This document shows, one piece after another, positions 55,909 to 63,947 of a stretch of 63,947 nucleotides of DNA (positions are counted from its first letter, which is position 1; every line of letters begins with the position of its first letter). The translations under genes were made by a program, and so were the position numbers. The notes under the pieces were generated by a model, which saw only the letters and a list, made by a program, of their open reading frames with translations, did no database searches and had not been told where the DNA came from. Source of the DNA: Candidatus Benthortus lauensis (GTDB lineage: Archaea; Thermoproteota; Nitrososphaeria_A; Caldarchaeales; Wolframiiraptoraceae); contig JAHSRM010000060.1 of NCBI GenBank assembly GCA_021650775.1, forward strand, positions 1-63,947, read 5' to 3'.

Positions 55909-56649
55909 CTAGAGTTTCATTAGATTCTCCTTCAGGAACTTGGCCACCGAGTCGCTTATCTTCTTGTTCTCCTCGCTTAGCTCGGTCTTAAGCTTCAGAT
56001 ACTCTGTATAACGCATATCCATTCCAGCATACTTCCTCACATAGTTCTCAGACTCCATGTGCTTCTCAAGGGTCTTAAGGTAGCCCTCCAGCTCCTCATC
56101 CCTTGGCTCGACATACTCATCCCTGTGGAACACCATGTTGAGGGGTAGCCTCGGCCTCAGGGGCGGCACCTCCCCCCGCTCCCCTATGCAGAGCAGTATG
56201 AGGGGCGTTACACCTCTAGGCAGATTGAACATCTCGGCAATCCTCCTGGCCTCTAGTAGGGGGCAGTCGAGTATGACGCTTCCCAGCCCTAGTGCCTCTG
56301 CGGCCAGAATCATGTTCTCCACCATTAGGGCTGCCTCGAAGACCGAGTATATGGCCTCGACCGGGTGCTTATCGACCTGGAGTATGTGGGGATGGCCCAG
56401 AATGTCCAGCAGCCTCTTGGGTCTGTGGAGGTCCGAGCATACTAGGAGCACGGCCCCAGCCTTCTCGACGGCCTCAACCCCGCATAGCTTGGCCAGCTCC
56501 TCCCTCTTCCCCCTATCCCTAACCTGGATTACCGTGTAGGACTGTAGGTAGATGGGTGCACGGACCCCCGCCTCGACTATGAGCTCGAGGACATCGTCGG
56601 GTATCTCCCCCTCCCTGAAGAGCCTAATCGTCCTCCTACCCATAATCAT
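55909..56649 (-). CDS. nitroreductase-family protein
   Basis: GRRTIRLFREGEIPDD N-terminus and a core typical of the nitroreductase fold. An internal ATG start is preferred over the ORF top at 56718. Confidence 0.7.
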   Translation of the reverse strand: MIMGRRTIRLFREGEIPDDVLELIVEAGVRAPIYLQSYTVIQVRDRGKREELAKLCGVEAVEKAGAVLLVCSDLHRPKRLLDILGHPHILQVDKHPVEAIYSVFEAALMVENMILAAEALGLGSVILDCPLLEARRIAEMFNLPRGVTPLILLCIGERGEVPPLRPRLPLNMVFHRDEYVEPRDEELEGYLKTLEKHMESENYVRKYAGMDMRYTEYLKLKTELSEENKKISDSVAKFLKENLMKL

Positions 56650-56813
56650 CTTAAGAATGCTCCGCCTCCTGGCAGCCAGCACCCCTTCTCCACCAACCCC
56701 ACATCCACCCACCCACATTTAACACCTACCAAAACAACCCGTGTAGAAAACTCTCCAAGTAATAACGAAGCCCCTAAACCCTAAATAACGAGTCTGAGAA
56801 AAGATGGAGATGG

Positions 56814-56885
56814 GCCCGGGTGGCCGAGCGGTTAGGCGGCGGGCTGCAGACCCGCTCTACAGGGGTTCAAATCCCCTCCCGGGCT
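56814..56885 (+). tRNA. tRNA-Cys(GCA)
   Basis: Hand-folded. Acceptor stem GCCCGGG/CCCGGGC, U73, anticodon stem GCGGG/CCCGC with loop CUGCAGA, and T-arm AGGGG-UUCAAAU-CCCCU. Confidence 0.85.
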
Positions 56886-56911
56886 CCTAGCAATCGGCTC
56901 TAATCCCTTTC

Positions 56912-58012
56912 CTATATGACTGCCTTCCCTGTCTTCTTGTCGAAGATGTGTATCTTGTCAAGGTCTACCTTTAGCCAGACTTTGTCCCCTGGGTTTAGGT
57001 TTACGCCGGGCTTGGTTAGGGCCTTTATCATGTAGTCGTTCACCTTAACGTTCACGATTAGGTCTCTTCCCAGGGGCTCTAGGACGTATACGGTTCCCTC
57101 TATCGTGTTGTCCTCAGCCGCCTCAACTATCTCCATGTTCTCCGGCCTTGCTCCAAAGATTATCTCCTGGCCTGTCAGATTATTCTTGACCACCTCGCCC
57201 ATGCCTGGCTCGAGTCTAAGCTTGAATGAACCCGCATCCACCAGGTATCCTCCCGAGTCTTCCCTGAAGGTTGCGTCGATTAGGTTCATGGGCGGCGAGC
57301 CTATGAACCCTGCCACGAATATGTTGGCCGGCTTGTCGTATAGCTCGTCTGGGGTGGAGTATTGCTGAAGCCTGCCCTCATTCATGACCGCTATCCTATC
57401 CGCCATCGACATGGCCTCGACCTGGTCATGCGTAACATATATCGTGGTTACCTCAAGCTCCTTCTGGAGCTTCTTCAACTCGGCCCTCATAAGTATCCTT
57501 AGCTTGGCGTCCAGGTTGCTTAGAGGCTCATCCATCAGTAGGACGTATGCGTCTTTTACCAGGGCTCTTGCGAGGGCTACTCTCTGCTGCTGGCCTCCCG
57601 AGAGCTGGCGTGGATACCTGTCGAGCAGGTGGTCTATCTGCATGAGCTTCGCAACCTGTTTAACCTTCCTGTCTATCTCGTTTTTTGGGAGCTTCTTCAG
57701 TTTCAGCGGGAAGGCTATGTTGTCGTAGACCTTCATGTGGGGGTAGAGTGCGTAGCTCTGGAAGACCATGCCCACGTTCCTGTCCTTTGGAGCTATGTTC
57801 GTGATGTCCATGTCGTCGAAGTATATCCTCCCCTTCGTCGGCCTGTAGATACCCGCTATCATCAGCAGCGTGGTGGTTTTCCCGCATCCTGATGGGCCTA
57901 GGAACGCCACGAACTCCCCGTCCTTTATCGATAGGTTAAGGTTGTCCACGGCTTTAACCTCGCCGAAATATTTTGAGAGGCCGTCGAGCTTAACCCTCAC
58001 CATAGCCGCCAC
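56912..58012 (-). CDS. sugar ABC transporter ATP-binding protein (MalK/UgpC-like)
   Basis: GPSGCGKTT (Walker A), LSGGQQQRVALARAL, LLMDEPLSNLD and a C-terminal TOBE-like domain. Confidence 0.9.
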   Translation of the reverse strand: MAAMVRVKLDGLSKYFGEVKAVDNLNLSIKDGEFVAFLGPSGCGKTTTLLMIAGIYRPTKGRIYFDDMDITNIAPKDRNVGMVFQSYALYPHMKVYDNIAFPLKLKKLPKNEIDRKVKQVAKLMQIDHLLDRYPRQLSGGQQQRVALARALVKDAYVLLMDEPLSNLDAKLRILMRAELKKLQKELEVTTIYVTHDQVEAMSMADRIAVMNEGRLQQYSTPDELYDKPANIFVAGFIGSPPMNLIDATFREDSGGYLVDAGSFKLRLEPGMGEVVKNNLTGQEIIFGARPENMEIVEAAEDNTIEGTVYVLEPLGRDLIVNVKVNDYMIKALTKPGVNLNPGDKVWLKVDLDKIHIFDKKTGKAVI

Positions 58013-58064
58013 CTTCGCGGCCTACGGATAGTTCCCCCGTAATTCTTATAAGGATTTGCCATGA

Positions 58065-58952
58065 TTAGGCCCCCTTCATGCCCACCAGCGGGACTTTCAT
58101 GAATGCTTTCTGCGTTATGACGAAGAAGACGAGGGGCGGTATCGAGTAGAATAGGGCTGTGGCTGCCAGGAGGGTGTAATCAACGTATCTGAACTCTCCT
58201 ATGAGTCCTATTATGTGGATTGAGAGTGGGTAGAGGTTGGGGTCGAAGATGAATGTTAGGGCGTAGATGAACTCGTTCCATCCTGCGAGGAATGCGAATA
58301 TCGCCACCGCCGCCACCCCGGGCTTCACCAGAGGGAGGATGACTTTATACCATGCCTGAAGCCTGCTGCATCCATCCACCAGAGCGCTTGCCTCCACGTC
58401 CCATGGAACTGCGTCGAAGAATCCCTTGATAAGCCAGGTGGCCATCGGTATCTCCAAGGCCGCCTTAGCTATTATCACGCTCAGCAGGGTGTTGATTAAG
58501 CCCATCACGTTTAGGAGGTAGAAGATTGCTATGAGCAGTGTTATTCCCGGGAAAGCGTGTAGGATGATGATTAGTATGAGGAAGCTGTCCCTGAAGGGGA
58601 CCCTCAGCCTGGATAACGCATACCCCGCCATAAGGGCTATGCTCACCTCTATCCCTGTTACTCCAAGGGCTATGATGAGCGAGTTCAGCGTTATGGGCCA
58701 GATGGGTGGAAGTAGGACCTCCCCGAACTTTACGGGCCCCCAGAGGAACCTCCATCCATCGGCGGTGAACCCTGAGGGTATAAACCCTATCAGGACCTTC
58801 TCGCTGACGGACTGCATGAAAAGCCAGAGATACATTATGATTATGGGCAGGGTCATGGCCGTCACAACACCATATAGAACAGCCTTGCCCAGTATTCTGT
58901 TAATGTTCCCGAAGCGTGGAGCCCTTATGTAGATTTCCTGGCTCCTCCCCAT
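58065..58952 (-). CDS. sugar ABC transporter permease (MalG-like)
   Basis: Six TM helices and the EAA loop region EASALVDGCSRLQAWYKVILPLVKP. Confidence 0.85.
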   Translation of the reverse strand: MGRSQEIYIRAPRFGNINRILGKAVLYGVVTAMTLPIIIMYLWLFMQSVSEKVLIGFIPSGFTADGWRFLWGPVKFGEVLLPPIWPITLNSLIIALGVTGIEVSIALMAGYALSRLRVPFRDSFLILIIILHAFPGITLLIAIFYLLNVMGLINTLLSVIIAKAALEIPMATWLIKGFFDAVPWDVEASALVDGCSRLQAWYKVILPLVKPGVAAVAIFAFLAGWNEFIYALTFIFDPNLYPLSIHIIGLIGEFRYVDYTLLAATALFYSIPPLVFFVITQKAFMKVPLVGMKGA

Positions 58953-58962
58953 TTACATCACC

Positions 58963-59877
58963 TCACGTATGCTCTATCTTTACGGGCGTTATCATCTCCC
59001 TGAACCTGAAGAGCTTCATCTGGATTAGGACCGCTATCAAAGCTATTATCACTAGTATCATGGCGAGGGCTGCACCGAACCCGAGTTCAAGGTGCTGGAA
59101 CGCCTGATGGTATGCGAAGAGGGACCATACCTCCGTCTCGAAGAATGGGCCTCCATCGGTTACTATTAGGATGTATTCGTAGGATGCGAGGAGGCTTAGG
59201 GTCTGCCACGCCGTGACGAACATTATAGGCCACTTCATCAGGGGCAGGATTACGTCCTTGACTATCCTGAGCTCCGAGGCCCCATCAACCCTGGCGGCCA
59301 TGAGGTAGTCTGGGGGAATCGCCTTGAGGGCGGATGAGAAGACTATCAGGCTGAACGACGCACCTATAAACCCATTTATCACGATTATGCCGGGCATAGC
59401 GTAGTTCACCAGCCATGGCACAGGCTTACCGTATATTGGTGCGAGGAGCTGGTTTAGGAGGCCGTATTCCGAGGAGTCGAGGACCCACAGCCAGAGGAGA
59501 CCATACACTACTGGCGGTGATGCCCTGGGCAGGAGCCATAAAGCCCTATAGACAAGGCTCGTCCTATCATCCATGTAGAATGTTAGAATAGCGAGTAGAA
59601 GCCCTATCAACACGTTAAACGCCAGGGTCGCACCTACATAAACCAGAGTATTAATCGCCACCTTCTGGGAGAATGGGTGGGCTCCGACGAACATGTAGTT
59701 CTTTAGGTAAACCCACTCCCAGTTAGGCTTCCTCATGCCCATGTTCGTGAAGGATAGGAATATCGTTGAGAAGACGGGGAGTATCCAGAAGAATAGTATT
59801 AGGAAAAGCGCTGGACCGAGGAAGATTATCATGTAGATATAGGACCTTACGCTGGGGTTATTTGAGATGAGTCCCAA
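58963..59877 (-). CDS. sugar ABC transporter permease (MalF-like)
   Basis: The EAA loop MAARVDGASELRIVKDVILPLM and six TM helices. Confidence 0.85.
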   Translation of the reverse strand: MGLISNNPSVRSYIYMIIFLGPALFLILFFWILPVFSTIFLSFTNMGMRKPNWEWVYLKNYMFVGAHPFSQKVAINTLVYVGATLAFNVLIGLLLAILTFYMDDRTSLVYRALWLLPRASPPVVYGLLWLWVLDSSEYGLLNQLLAPIYGKPVPWLVNYAMPGIIVINGFIGASFSLIVFSSALKAIPPDYLMAARVDGASELRIVKDVILPLMKWPIMFVTAWQTLSLLASYEYILIVTDGGPFFETEVWSLFAYHQAFQHLELGFGAALAMILVIIALIAVLIQMKLFRFREMITPVKIEHT

Positions 59878-59928
59878 GGTTTTTCACCTGAATATTAAAA
59901 ATTTGGGGGAAAATAATTAAGGATTTCT

Positions 59929-61476
59929 TTAGACTATCTCGACTACCGTTGATAACTCTGGGTCGGCCTTGATTGAGTCCTCTATGAACTTTAATGCATC
60001 GGCCGGGGCCATCTTGCCAAGCTCCACGGCCGCTATGGCGTCATAGATTATCTTTCTATATTTGCCCCAGAGTGGGTGCATGGGTAGGAAGGTCGCATAG
60101 TCCAGCATGTATGCCACATCGCTTAGGAACTTGGAGGCCTTCATGGCTGGATGCTCCAAGCTCGACTTTCTCACGGGTATGTGGGCGCTTCCAACTGCGT
60201 GGGCGACATCGAATTCGGGCTGGGATGCGACTGCCAGGACTAGAGCCGCTCCCTCAGGGTTCTCAGACTGGGAGGTAACCACGTAGACGAATGGGTGGCT
60301 CAGGGTTACCGGTTTTCCTCCCTGGAAGCCCGATGGAACCAAGGCGAATATGAAGTTCTCCCATAGATATGACTCTGGAACGGCTCCGAGCTCGGGGTGA
60401 TACTCTACCTTCTGCCACTCGGCCCAGTGCCATGTTCCTCCGAACCAGAAGAGCGTCTCACCTGAGACGACTGCTGTGTGTATGGACCTCCATGACCAGG
60501 TTGTCATGTCTTGTGGAAGGACTTGCAGCTCCCTCGACGCCCTATAGAACCACTCTAGGGCCCTCTGCATAGCCTCCTTATCGAGCACCATGTTGCCGGT
60601 GTCTGGGTTCCATAGCTTTCCGCCGTATGCGAATATTACCTGCCATAGCTCGCCGCCTGGGGTGGGTCTGTGGAGGACTCCATACTTCACCAGACCTGCA
60701 TCTACCGCCTGCTTGGCAACCTCCAGCATGTCGTCGAGGGTAAACTCACCGTTCTTTATCTTCTCGGGGAGGGCCGCTATCTCCTCGTCGCTCCATCCAA
60801 GACCCTTGAGGGCTGGCTTCCAGATGTATAGTGGCCTGGCCTCCGTGTCCTGCGGGATAGCCCACAGCTTACCCTTGTATCTCACGGCATTCCAAAGAGT
60901 TTCAGGGACATCGAAGAATGCGAAGTCCCAATACTTGTTGATGTATTCATCTAGGGGGACTATCATGCCCTTGTCGGCTAGAACAGGTATCCATTCATGT
61001 CCCACTGCGATTATGTCCGGTAGCTCGCCTGCTTCAAACGCCAGGAATATCTTCTTCTCGTAGTCCTCCCAGCCTCCACGGTGGTAGTATGTCTCCTCTA
61101 TTGTGCAGGTGTATGGCGCCCCCAGGGTCCCTGCGAATTTGACCAACCTATTACAAGCATTCACGATGTTATCAACCCTTGTTACGGAGGCTGGGTCTCC
61201 CGCGGCCCACACACTTATCGCCAGCTCAACAGGCTGCATAGCGGCTGTAACAGTCTGAGTCCTCGTAACTGTCTGCGTCTGGATTATGGTTGTCCCGGCG
61301 GCTGTCTCGGTAACTGTTATAGTCTGACCGCCAACGGTCTCAGTCTTGGTCTGGGTTATGGTCTCGGTTACCGTGGCTGGAGCCGCTGTCCCCCAGATTC
61401 CATAGCCGATGCCAACTCCAACGAGGAGAAGAATTATGCTTATTGCAGCCCATTTTGTCTGCGCCATATTTATCAC
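59929..61476 (-). CDS. extracellular solute-binding protein of the sugar ABC transporter
   Basis: An N-terminal TM/signal anchor, a Thr-rich linker (TVTETITQTKTETV...) and a roughly 400-aa SBP-like body. First gene of the operon. Confidence 0.8.
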   Translation of the reverse strand: MINMAQTKWAAISIILLLVGVGIGYGIWGTAAPATVTETITQTKTETVGGQTITVTETAAGTTIIQTQTVTRTQTVTAAMQPVELAISVWAAGDPASVTRVDNIVNACNRLVKFAGTLGAPYTCTIEETYYHRGGWEDYEKKIFLAFEAGELPDIIAVGHEWIPVLADKGMIVPLDEYINKYWDFAFFDVPETLWNAVRYKGKLWAIPQDTEARPLYIWKPALKGLGWSDEEIAALPEKIKNGEFTLDDMLEVAKQAVDAGLVKYGVLHRPTPGGELWQVIFAYGGKLWNPDTGNMVLDKEAMQRALEWFYRASRELQVLPQDMTTWSWRSIHTAVVSGETLFWFGGTWHWAEWQKVEYHPELGAVPESYLWENFIFALVPSGFQGGKPVTLSHPFVYVVTSQSENPEGAALVLAVASQPEFDVAHAVGSAHIPVRKSSLEHPAMKASKFLSDVAYMLDYATFLPMHPLWGKYRKIIYDAIAAVELGKMAPADALKFIEDSIKADPELSTVVEIV

Positions 61477-61549
61477 CCTTATAAGTTATGGGTATCGAAA
61501 CTGCCTATATATTTTTTCCCTGTGTTTTACGTAGATGAAATATAGGTTT

Positions 61550-62269
61550 CTATGTTATTGAGGGACCGACCATTGGGTGTATGTTTCTGATTAGCTGGGG
61601 GTCGTCAATTATTATTCCATCCACTCCCATGTAGATTAGCTTCTGGATTATCGAGGGGTCGTTGGTTCCCCACGAGGTTACCCTTACGCCTAGCTTATGC
61701 ATTGTTTCTATCAGTTTCCGGGTTATGAGGTCGAAGCGGATGCTGGCCATGAAGAGGTTGAGTCTCCTCGCTATCTCTACTAGGTTGTCCTGGATTGAGG
61801 GCGAGTAGGAGAGCCGAGCCTCAGGCTCCAATTCCCTAATCCTCTCCAGGGTCTCCAAGTCAGATGTATTGAAAACTATTTGCTCCAGCATATTCTTCTC
61901 CTTTGCTAGGTTCAGGGCTTCTAGGGCTGCGTCAGGGTCCTTTATGTCTAGGAGCAGGGCTGCCTTCCCCCTCGTTATCTCCATTATGTCTCTTAGGAGG
62001 GCGACCTTCTCTCTGCCCTTCACCTTAAGCCGCCGTATCTCCTCCAACCCAAGAGACCTGACCTCGCCCTTGCCATCAGTGACCCTATCAACCCTAGAGT
62101 CATGCATGAGGACCACTTCACCGTCCTTGGAAAGCCGTATATCCACCTCTATCATGTCGAATCCAAGCTCTATAGCCTTCCTGACAGCGCTGATAGTGTT
62201 CTCGGGTTCAAGGGCGGATGCTCCTCGATGGGCAACCACAAACGGTTTCCTCAACTCTTCTACCCTCAT
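61550..62269 (-). CDS. glycerophosphodiester phosphodiesterase
   Basis: FVVAHRGASALEPENT and IEVDIRLSKDGEVVLMHD motifs. Start placed at MRVEEL. Confidence 0.85.
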   Translation of the reverse strand: MRVEELRKPFVVAHRGASALEPENTISAVRKAIELGFDMIEVDIRLSKDGEVVLMHDSRVDRVTDGKGEVRSLGLEEIRRLKVKGREKVALLRDIMEITRGKAALLLDIKDPDAALEALNLAKEKNMLEQIVFNTSDLETLERIRELEPEARLSYSPSIQDNLVEIARRLNLFMASIRFDLITRKLIETMHKLGVRVTSWGTNDPSIIQKLIYMGVDGIIIDDPQLIRNIHPMVGPSIT

Positions 62270-62479
62270 CCAGCCCGTTGAAGCGGGGCATACAGCTTGT
62301 ATAAATACTATTGCCCAACGAACTCTTTTATACAATTTTTTCTCGGAAAATTTCCCCAAAATGAGGTGAGGCGAGTAATCTTTTCATATATGTGAAATAC
62401 CCTGACCATATTGACGCATGGCTTCGAATATTATGTGAAAAGGGTAATGTTTAGGCTTGCCGTTACAGTCTTGTTGGGT

Positions 62480-63226
62480 ATGGATTTGGTGGAAGCGGGT
62501 GAGAAGGTTAGGGCTGGGCTGCGGGGAAGGGAGGTTGTAGTGGTGGCAGGCTCCATGGAGGTCTTCTATGAGGGCCGTGCATCATCATATCTGGGTGAGG
62601 GGGAGAGGCTGCTCATCATCAAGGGTGATGGAAGCGTCCTGATTCATAGACCGCATGGATACGAGCCTGTTAATTGGCAGCCTCCAGGCTCCAAGATAGA
62701 CGTGAAGATTGATGGGGATAAACTGTTGATTGAGGCTAGGAGGGTTTCTCCCAGAGAGGTTCTCAGGATAATCTTCCACAGGGTTCTCGACGTGAGGCTG
62801 TATAGGCTTGTGGATGAGGCCGAGTTCGCCATGCATGCAACCGAGGAGGAGATGAAGAGGGCGATACTCATGGAGCCGTCCCTGATAGAGGATGGGTTCA
62901 AGCCCATGGAGGATGAGAGGCGTGCAGGCGACTCGGGGTTCATAGACGTATTCGGCGTGGACTCACGTGGAAACATGGTGGTCGTGGAGATAAAGCGTAG
63001 GAACGCAACCACCGAGGACATAAAGCAGCTCGTGAGATACGTTGAGAGCGTTGAGAGGGAGTTTGGGAAGAGGCCTAGGGCGATAATAGCCGCCCCGGGA
63101 ATCCAGAAGGCCGCCGTCAGGGAGCTCGCCCTACATGGGGTCGAGTTTAAGTGCCTTACGCCCAAGAGGTGTGCCGAGGTGTTGAGGAGGGGTAGGGGGC
63201 TTGATAGGTTTATCCAAGGCCCTTAG
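62480..63226 (+). CDS. nucS: endonuclease NucS (EndoMS)
   Basis: FYEGRASSYLGEGERLLIIKGDGSVLIHRP N-domain and GFIDVFGVDSRGNMVVVEIKRR PD-(D/E)xK C-domain. ATG at 62480. Confidence 0.85.
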   Translation: MDLVEAGEKVRAGLRGREVVVVAGSMEVFYEGRASSYLGEGERLLIIKGDGSVLIHRPHGYEPVNWQPPGSKIDVKIDGDKLLIEARRVSPREVLRIIFHRVLDVRLYRLVDEAEFAMHATEEEMKRAILMEPSLIEDGFKPMEDERRAGDSGFIDVFGVDSRGNMVVVEIKRRNATTEDIKQLVRYVESVEREFGKRPRAIIAAPGIQKAAVRELALHGVEFKCLTPKRCAEVLRRGRGLDRFIQGP

Positions 63227-63947
63227 AACAGGTCTACCTTACCCTCGAGAACGAGGCCCTGTATCTTCGTTATGTTCTCCAGCTCGTCCTTGGCTATCTC
63301 TGCAGCCTCATAGGCTATTGAGTGGGAGTCCGCTCCATCCATGGGTATGAACTGTATCGAGGTTATCAGGGGGCGGTTTATCGGCCTCCCTATCTGGCTC
63401 AGAAGCCTTACATAGACCTCCTCAATCTTCCCGACCTCCCTGTGTATCCGCTCAGCAATCATCTTGGCCGCAACGTTGTATATCTTCCCCACATGGCTCT
63501 TAGCATTCTTTCCAGCCGTTGCCTCGAGGGACATCTGCCTGTTGGGGGTTATGAGGCCGTTCACCCTGTTCCCCCTCCCCGTGTTTCCGTCATCCCCGCT
63601 CTCTGCCGAGGTCCCCGTAACCGTTAGATACACGAGGCCCTCCCCGGGTATGTCCGCCGTGTTCACGTGAACCTCTATCTCGCCCTCTCCTCCTAGGATT
63701 CTGTCGGCCAGTTTTAGTATCTCCTCCTTTATCTGCTCCTTTACGGAGAGGTAGTGGTCGAGGTCGGGTGTAAGCGTCGATATCACGCTGTCGGCTACCG
63801 TGATGACATACCTGTTCTCTATTCTTAGGCCCATGACCTTGCAGTCCTCCCCGCTCTCAGGTATCCTCTGCTTGAACTCGGGCGAGTTTACGAGCCTCTC
63901 CGACTCGTAGACTAGTTGTTCGAGGGGTGTTAGGGGGGCGTATCCCA
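63223..63947 (-). CDS. archaeal-type S-adenosylmethionine synthetase, 5'-partial (start outside window)
   Basis: SGDDGNTGRGNRVNGLITPNRQMSLEATAGKNAKSHVGKIYN signature. The frame stays open to the window end. Confidence 0.9.
   Translation of the reverse strand, partial: GYAPLTPLEQLVYESERLVNSPEFKQRIPESGEDCKVMGLRIENRYVITVADSVISTLTPDLDHYLSVKEQIKEEILKLADRILGGEGEIEVHVNTADIPGEGLVYLTVTGTSAESGDDGNTGRGNRVNGLITPNRQMSLEATAGKNAKSHVGKIYNVAAKMIAERIHREVGKIEEVYVRLLSQIGRPINRPLITSIQFIPMDGADSHSIAYEAAEIAKDELENITKIQGLVLEGKVDLF

Overview
This is an archaeal chromosome segment. Supporting markers are TFB, aSUI1, Elp3, archaeal-type SAM synthetase, NucS, membrane H+-pyrophosphatase and an intron-containing tRNA. Most of it (1-30.9 kb and 45-63.9 kb) is GC-rich, densely packed housekeeping DNA: redox enzymes, glycosyltransferases, cysS, an Lhr helicase, peroxiredoxins, nucleoside salvage genes, a sugar ABC transporter, isoprenoid synthesis genes and a sulfide:quinone reductase-like gene. 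These regions also carry many antisense shadow ORFs. Between about 30.94 and 44.98 kb lies a visibly AT-rich accessory island that abuts the 3' end of an intron-containing tRNA-Leu(CAG). An 18-nt copy of the tRNA 3' end at 32188-32205 marks a probable att site. Two paralogous tyrosine-recombinase genes and several cargo genes in the island are broken by frameshifts, stops and a 7-bp tandem duplication. Several conflict-type genes in the island remain intact:
- a 1157-aa fusion of an unassigned Cys/His-rich N-terminal module, a RecD-like SF1 helicase and a C-terminal PD-(D/E)xK-like nuclease;
- a divergent pair made of a possible HEPN (Rx4H) protein and a gamma-glutamylcyclotransferase-family protein;
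- a single-HKD PLD-family nuclease;
- a RelE module and a DUF4258-like/DUF2283 module.
The giant helicase-nuclease and the HEPN-like/GGCT pair are my best candidates for undescribed defence systems. All functional calls come from motif recognition by eye. No database search or computation was run.
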